Assembly (NCBI GenBank): GCA_001602645.1
Contig: LUYE01000017.1
Coordinates: forward strand, 32,714 to 96,713
Direction: 5' to 3'
Length of the DNA: 64,000 nucleotides
DNA from: Methanosarcinales archaeon Methan_01
GTDB taxonomy: Archaea > Halobacteriota > Methanosarcinia > Methanotrichales > Methanotrichaceae
Below, one piece after another: positions 60,844 through 64,000 of this stretch. The position numbers and the translations under genes were made by a program. Every line of letters begins with the position of its first letter. The first letter of the stretch is position 1. The notes beneath the pieces were generated by a model, which saw only the letters and a program-made list of their open reading frames with translations, was not told where the DNA came from and ran no database searches.

Positions 60844-61593
60844 TTGGTGGTGGAGCGCCGTCCCCATCTCATGCTGGAAGCCCCAACAGCCGGAGACGGC
60901 GAGAGGAGATGCCGACGGGAGGAGCTCCTCGCCTGGTGCCGGGAGTATCGAGATAAGGGGAAGATCTGGCGAGGGTCGCCGCCGAGGCTTCCCCCCCTGC
61001 CTGACGGCGCCCTGGTCCTGGAGCTCGGCTGCGGCAACGGCAAGACCCTAGCTGCGATGCTGGGCCGAACCTGGAGGGTGGCGGCCGTGGACGTATCGCC
61101 CCGGGCTCTGAGGCTCGGAAGGGATCTCGCGGTGGGGATCTCCTGCCAGGGTCCTCCCGTCCGGAGCGGAGCCTCACCCAGGCGGGACCCTCCAGCCCTT
61201 CGGCCTGAATTCGTCGCAGCGGACGCCGTCCAGCTCCCCTTCAAGGCCTCGTCCTTCGATGCGGTCTTCGCCTTCCACGTCCTCGGCCACCTCCGCGACG
61301 GCGACCGCCGAGAAGCGGCCCGGGAGGCGGCCCGGGTCCTGAAGGCCGGCGGCAGGCTCTTCTTCCTCGAGTTCGGGGTCGAGGATATGAGGGCGGGGCT
61401 GGGCGAAGAGGTGGAGGCCTTGACCTTCAGGCGGGGCGAAGGGATCATCACCCACTACTTCTCCGAGGGGGAGGTCCTGGTTCTCTTCGATCTCCTCATG
61501 CCGACGTCGATCAGGACGGAGAGGTGGCCGGCCGGGATCCGAGGGAGAGATCTCCTCCGGTCGGAGGTCGGGGCGGAGTTCATAAAGGTGTAA
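60844..61593 (+). CDS. Class I SAM-dependent methyltransferase
   Basis: 249-aa ORF. The start is uncertain (TTG 60844, GTG 60847/60850 or ATG 60871). It has motif I VLELGCGNGKT and the later FDAVFAFHVLGHL and LKAGGRLFF. Confidence 0.7.
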   Translation: MVVERRPHLMLEAPTAGDGERRCRREELLAWCREYRDKGKIWRGSPPRLPPLPDGALVLELGCGNGKTLAAMLGRTWRVAAVDVSPRALRLGRDLAVGISCQGPPVRSGASPRRDPPALRPEFVAADAVQLPFKASSFDAVFAFHVLGHLRDGDRREAAREAARVLKAGGRLFFLEFGVEDMRAGLGEEVEALTFRRGEGIITHYFSEGEVLVLFDLLMPTSIRTERWPAGIRGRDLLRSEVGAEFIKV

Positions 61594-61608
61594 AAATAAG
61601 GCTCTGCC

Positions 61609-62877
61609 ATGGCTCGTTCCTTCTCCGAGATAGGCGCGAAGGTGGCGAGGGGCGACGCGATCGTCCTCACCGCCCAGGAGGTGGGGGAGGCCCTGGCCGA
61701 TGGCGGAAGGCTCGCCCCGGAGGAGGTAGACGTCGTCACCTGTGCCACCCGGGCGGTGATGAGCGGGACCTACGCCGTCCTCTCCTTCCCGGCGGCGTCG
61801 CCCGGATCCTTCGTCCGGGCGAAGGGGGCCCGGCTCAATGGCGTCCCCGCTTTGGTGGGCCCCTGCCCCAACGAGAGGCTCGGCCACCTGGACCTGATCG
61901 TCTTCGGGACGGCAGAGAGCCGGGAGGATTCAAGATACGGGGGAGGCCACCTATTCCGGGACCTCGTCGAGGGGGAGGATGTGCGGGTCGAGGTGGATGT
62001 TGAGGGCGGGGGCTTCGAGGTCGATCTCAGCCTCGCCGATATGTCGACGGCTAGGCTCTTTGGTACCCGCCACTGCTTCAAGAACTACTCGGCCTTTGTG
62101 AACCCTGGGGAGGAGAGGGTCTCCACCATCTTCCATGCCTCCACCTTCGATCCCTGCTGGACGGGGGCCTCCGTCTCGGGGTGCGGCCGTCTGAACCCCC
62201 TCGAGAACGACCCCCTCCTCGAGACGATCGGGGTCGGGACGAGGGTCCTGATGAACGGAGCCGAGGGGTTCGTCCTGGGGAAGGGGACTCGGTCCTCTCC
62301 CGATAGGCCGAACCTCTCGGGATATGCGGAGATGCACGAGATGGACCCGGAGTACATGGGCGGGTTTGCCACCTCCGCCGGCCCAGAGTGCATATCATCG
62401 TGGGCCGTCCCGATCCCGGTCTTGAGGGAGGGGATCCTGGAGAGGATGGCCGCCCCCGAGGGGGCGATACCCCTCCCGGTTCTGGACGTCACGACCAGGA
62501 AGGAGCTTGGCCGTGCGACTTACGCCGACGTCTGGGAGGGGGTCGACCTGATGGTCAAGTTCGACCCCGAGGCCTGCAAGAGGTGCACCGCCTGCCGGGC
62601 CGAGGCGATCTGCCCGACGGGGGCTATAGCCTTTCGGGACTTTCTGCCCACCCTCGACAGGAAAAGGTGCTTTAACTGCGGCCTATGCGCCACCTCCTGC
62701 GCCGGGGACGTCTTCAGAGCCCACCTGGGGTCCCTCCGCTTCGCCGGGCGAGAGGTTCCGATCGTCGTCAGGCAGTCCGACCGCCTCAGGGCCGAGAGGC
62801 TGGCAGAAGAGCTGAAGAGGAGGATCCTCGATGGGAGGTTCAGGATGACGGAGATGGCGGAGCGGATATCGCCATGA
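61609..62877 (+). CDS. DUF39 (COG1900) homocysteine-biosynthesis-type protein fused to a 2 x [4Fe-4S] ferredoxin domain
   Basis: 422-aa ORF. The N-terminal SFSEIGAKVARGDAIVLTAQEV...DVVTCATRAVMSGT is typical of DUF39. The C-terminal CKRCTACRAEAICPTGA and CFNCGLCATSCAGD are ferredoxin motifs. Confidence 0.8.
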   Translation: MARSFSEIGAKVARGDAIVLTAQEVGEALADGGRLAPEEVDVVTCATRAVMSGTYAVLSFPAASPGSFVRAKGARLNGVPALVGPCPNERLGHLDLIVFGTAESREDSRYGGGHLFRDLVEGEDVRVEVDVEGGGFEVDLSLADMSTARLFGTRHCFKNYSAFVNPGEERVSTIFHASTFDPCWTGASVSGCGRLNPLENDPLLETIGVGTRVLMNGAEGFVLGKGTRSSPDRPNLSGYAEMHEMDPEYMGGFATSAGPECISSWAVPIPVLREGILERMAAPEGAIPLPVLDVTTRKELGRATYADVWEGVDLMVKFDPEACKRCTACRAEAICPTGAIAFRDFLPTLDRKRCFNCGLCATSCAGDVFRAHLGSLRFAGREVPIVVRQSDRLRAERLAEELKRRILDGRFRMTEMAERISP

Positions 62878-63403
62878 ACCTCCGAAGGATCTCCTCCGGG
62901 GATAGAGGGATCACCGGGACCTCGGCATTTCCTGCCTCGACCTTCACGACCAGGACGCCCCTACCGGCGAGGCCAGCTCGGAGCTCTTCGGGGGTCGCGG
63001 CGACGCGGACCTCGGAGACTCCGGCCCCCTCGGCGATCCGGGCCAGGTCAGCCCTCCGGTCGGTGCAGGTCGGCTGGCATCCCGTCGACCCGTAGCATCC
63101 GTTGTCTAAGATGACGAGGAGAAAGTTATTGGGGCTCTGATCGGCGATGGTGGCGAGGCTCCCCAGATTCATCAGGATGGAGCCGTCTCCATCGATGGCG
63201 ACGACCCTTCGGTCCGGCCTGGCGAGACCGAGGCCGAGGCCTATGGAGGAGGCGAGGCCCATGGACCCGAGCATGTAGAAGTTGGATCGACGGTCTCCGA
63301 CAGCCCAAAGCTCCCTCGAGGGATACCCGATGTTTCCCACCAGAAGGGCGCCCTGGGACTCGCCCTCCTGGGCGATGATGGAGATCGCATCGATCCGTCT
63401 CAA
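62840..63403 (-). CDS. comE: Sulfopyruvate decarboxylase beta subunit (ThDP-binding) or close relative
   Basis: 187-aa ORF. Its pattern is GNIGYPSRELW...NFYMLGSMGLASSIGLGLGLA...VVAIDGDGSILMNLGSLATIA...LLVILDNGCYGSTG. The 3' end overlaps the convergent DUF39 gene by 38 nt. Confidence 0.75.
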   Translation of the reverse strand: MRRIDAISIIAQEGESQGALLVGNIGYPSRELWAVGDRRSNFYMLGSMGLASSIGLGLGLARPDRRVVAIDGDGSILMNLGSLATIADQSPNNFLLVILDNGCYGSTGCQPTCTDRRADLARIAEGAGVSEVRVAATPEELRAGLAGRGVLVVKVEAGNAEVPVIPLSPEEILRRFMAISAPPSPSS

Positions 63404-63466
63404 ATTGATCGACTCCAGATATCTAAAAATGATTTTAAAATATAGACATTATCCAAAGGCGAGGTT

Positions 63467-63994
63467 TCAGATCATCCCCCGCTCTTTCATGGCTGCCTTC
63501 AGCTCCGCGAGGTCGGTCTCGATCCGCTCGAACCTTTGGTTCATGTAGCTCTTAATATCATACCTGAGACCTCGGATCTCGCCTAGGGTTGAATCCTGCT
63601 TCTCCAGCATCGAGTCCTGCTTCTCTAGCATCGCATCTTGCTTCTCCAGCATCGAGTCCTGCTTCTCCAGCATCGCATCTTGCTTCTCCAGCATCGAGTC
63701 CTGCTTCTCCAGCATCGAGTCCTGCTTCTCCAGCATCGAGTCCTGCTTCTCCAGCATCGAGTCCTGCTTCTCCAGCATCGAGTCCTGCTTCTCCAGCAGA
63801 GTGTCCATCTTGCCGCCGAGATCGCTGAAGCCCTCTCTGACAGATACCAAGATCTCCTTCAGGATCTCCACCCCCTCATCCAGACGGTCTCCCATCTCTT
63901 CGGCGTCCACCACTTTCCTGAATCCGAAGAGAGATCCAGTGGCTTCAGAGTAGGCAGCCTCCACTTCGTACACCTGGATCAGGGCGTTCTCCAT
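63467..63994 (-). CDS. Coiled-coil-like protein containing ten tandem MLEKQD(S/A) heptads
   Basis: 175-aa ORF. The N-terminal ~65 aa and C-terminal ~40 aa (LGEIRGLRYDIKSYMNQRFERIETDLAELKAAMKERGMI) flank (MLEKQDS)x10. Confidence 0.65.
   Translation of the reverse strand: MENALIQVYEVEAAYSEATGSLFGFRKVVDAEEMGDRLDEGVEILKEILVSVREGFSDLGGKMDTLLEKQDSMLEKQDSMLEKQDSMLEKQDSMLEKQDSMLEKQDAMLEKQDSMLEKQDAMLEKQDSMLEKQDSTLGEIRGLRYDIKSYMNQRFERIETDLAELKAAMKERGMI
63591..63800. repeat. Ten tandem copies of a 21-bp unit (plus-strand consensus GAGTCCTGCTTCTCCAGCATC)
   Basis: Counted directly. Units start at 63591, 63612, 63633, ... 63780. Units 6-9 are identical. The variants GCATCTTGC (units 3 and 5) encode Ala instead of Ser. 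Confidence 0.95.
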
Positions 63995-64000
63995 CTTCAG

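Noticed and set aside
63591-63800. Whether the 21-bp repeats could be a CRISPR array
   Set aside because: The units are directly contiguous with no spacers and are in frame inside an ORF. No cas genes are in the window.
1-64000. Mobile elements, prophage, integrases, toxin-antitoxin or known defence systems, and rRNA/tRNA genes
   Set aside because: I recognised no transposase, integrase, nuclease/helicase defence signature, terminal inverted repeats or structured-RNA genes in any intergenic region. The absence is by eye only. tRNAscan, Rfam and defence-system HMM scans would be the decisive checks.

Overview
This is a 64-kb, visibly high-GC (above 60% by eye) chromosomal segment. It most likely comes from a methanogenic euryarchaeon, Methanomicrobia or Methanothrix-like. 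Supporting genes are the PolD large subunit, aRF1, ribosomal protein S3Ae, F420H2-oxidase-type flavodiiron protein, class II photolyase, ComE (coenzyme M pathway) and a DUF39 homocysteine-biosynthesis protein.

I can support about 65 protein genes. They are mostly housekeeping or accessory metabolism:
- an argC-CBS-argJ-argH operon, and aroE-tyrA
- a cooS-cooF-cooF-ferredoxin carbon-monoxide dehydrogenase cluster
- a FecB/FecCD/ATPase ABC importer
- an MBL-rhodanese protein, msrA, an AlkD-like repair protein, a tandem-U32 protein, a TauE exporter, panE and fprA
- rps3ae coupled to a cooC-type ATPase
- MTAP, then aRF1-UPF0201-TIM barrel-translin
- a Cache-HAMP-PP2C sensor phosphatase, the photolyase, DUF39-ferredoxin and comE

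I found no rRNA, tRNA, CRISPR array, transposase or integrase by eye. Because of the GC content the ORF track holds many long antisense or out-of-frame ORFs, which I reject.

The most interesting items are:
1. A tightly coupled minus-strand operon of membrane protein - MoxR AAA+ - DUF58 - LarA-type nickel-pincer racemase homologue (48260-52406).
2. A compact four-gene operon of uncharacterised proteins divergent from the photolyase (54734-56717).
3. A family of secreted modular paralogues with four members in the window, sharing a beta-domain and/or a PEGA-like C-terminal module.
4. A near-perfect 10 x 21-bp in-frame tandem repeat encoding (MLEKQDS)n (63591-63800).
5. A low-GC islet carrying an ORFan next to an apparent gene relic, downstream of the CODH cluster (17231-18187).

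All functional calls rest on motif and family recognition from the translated sequence, without database searches. Start codons are my best reading and several are non-ATG.
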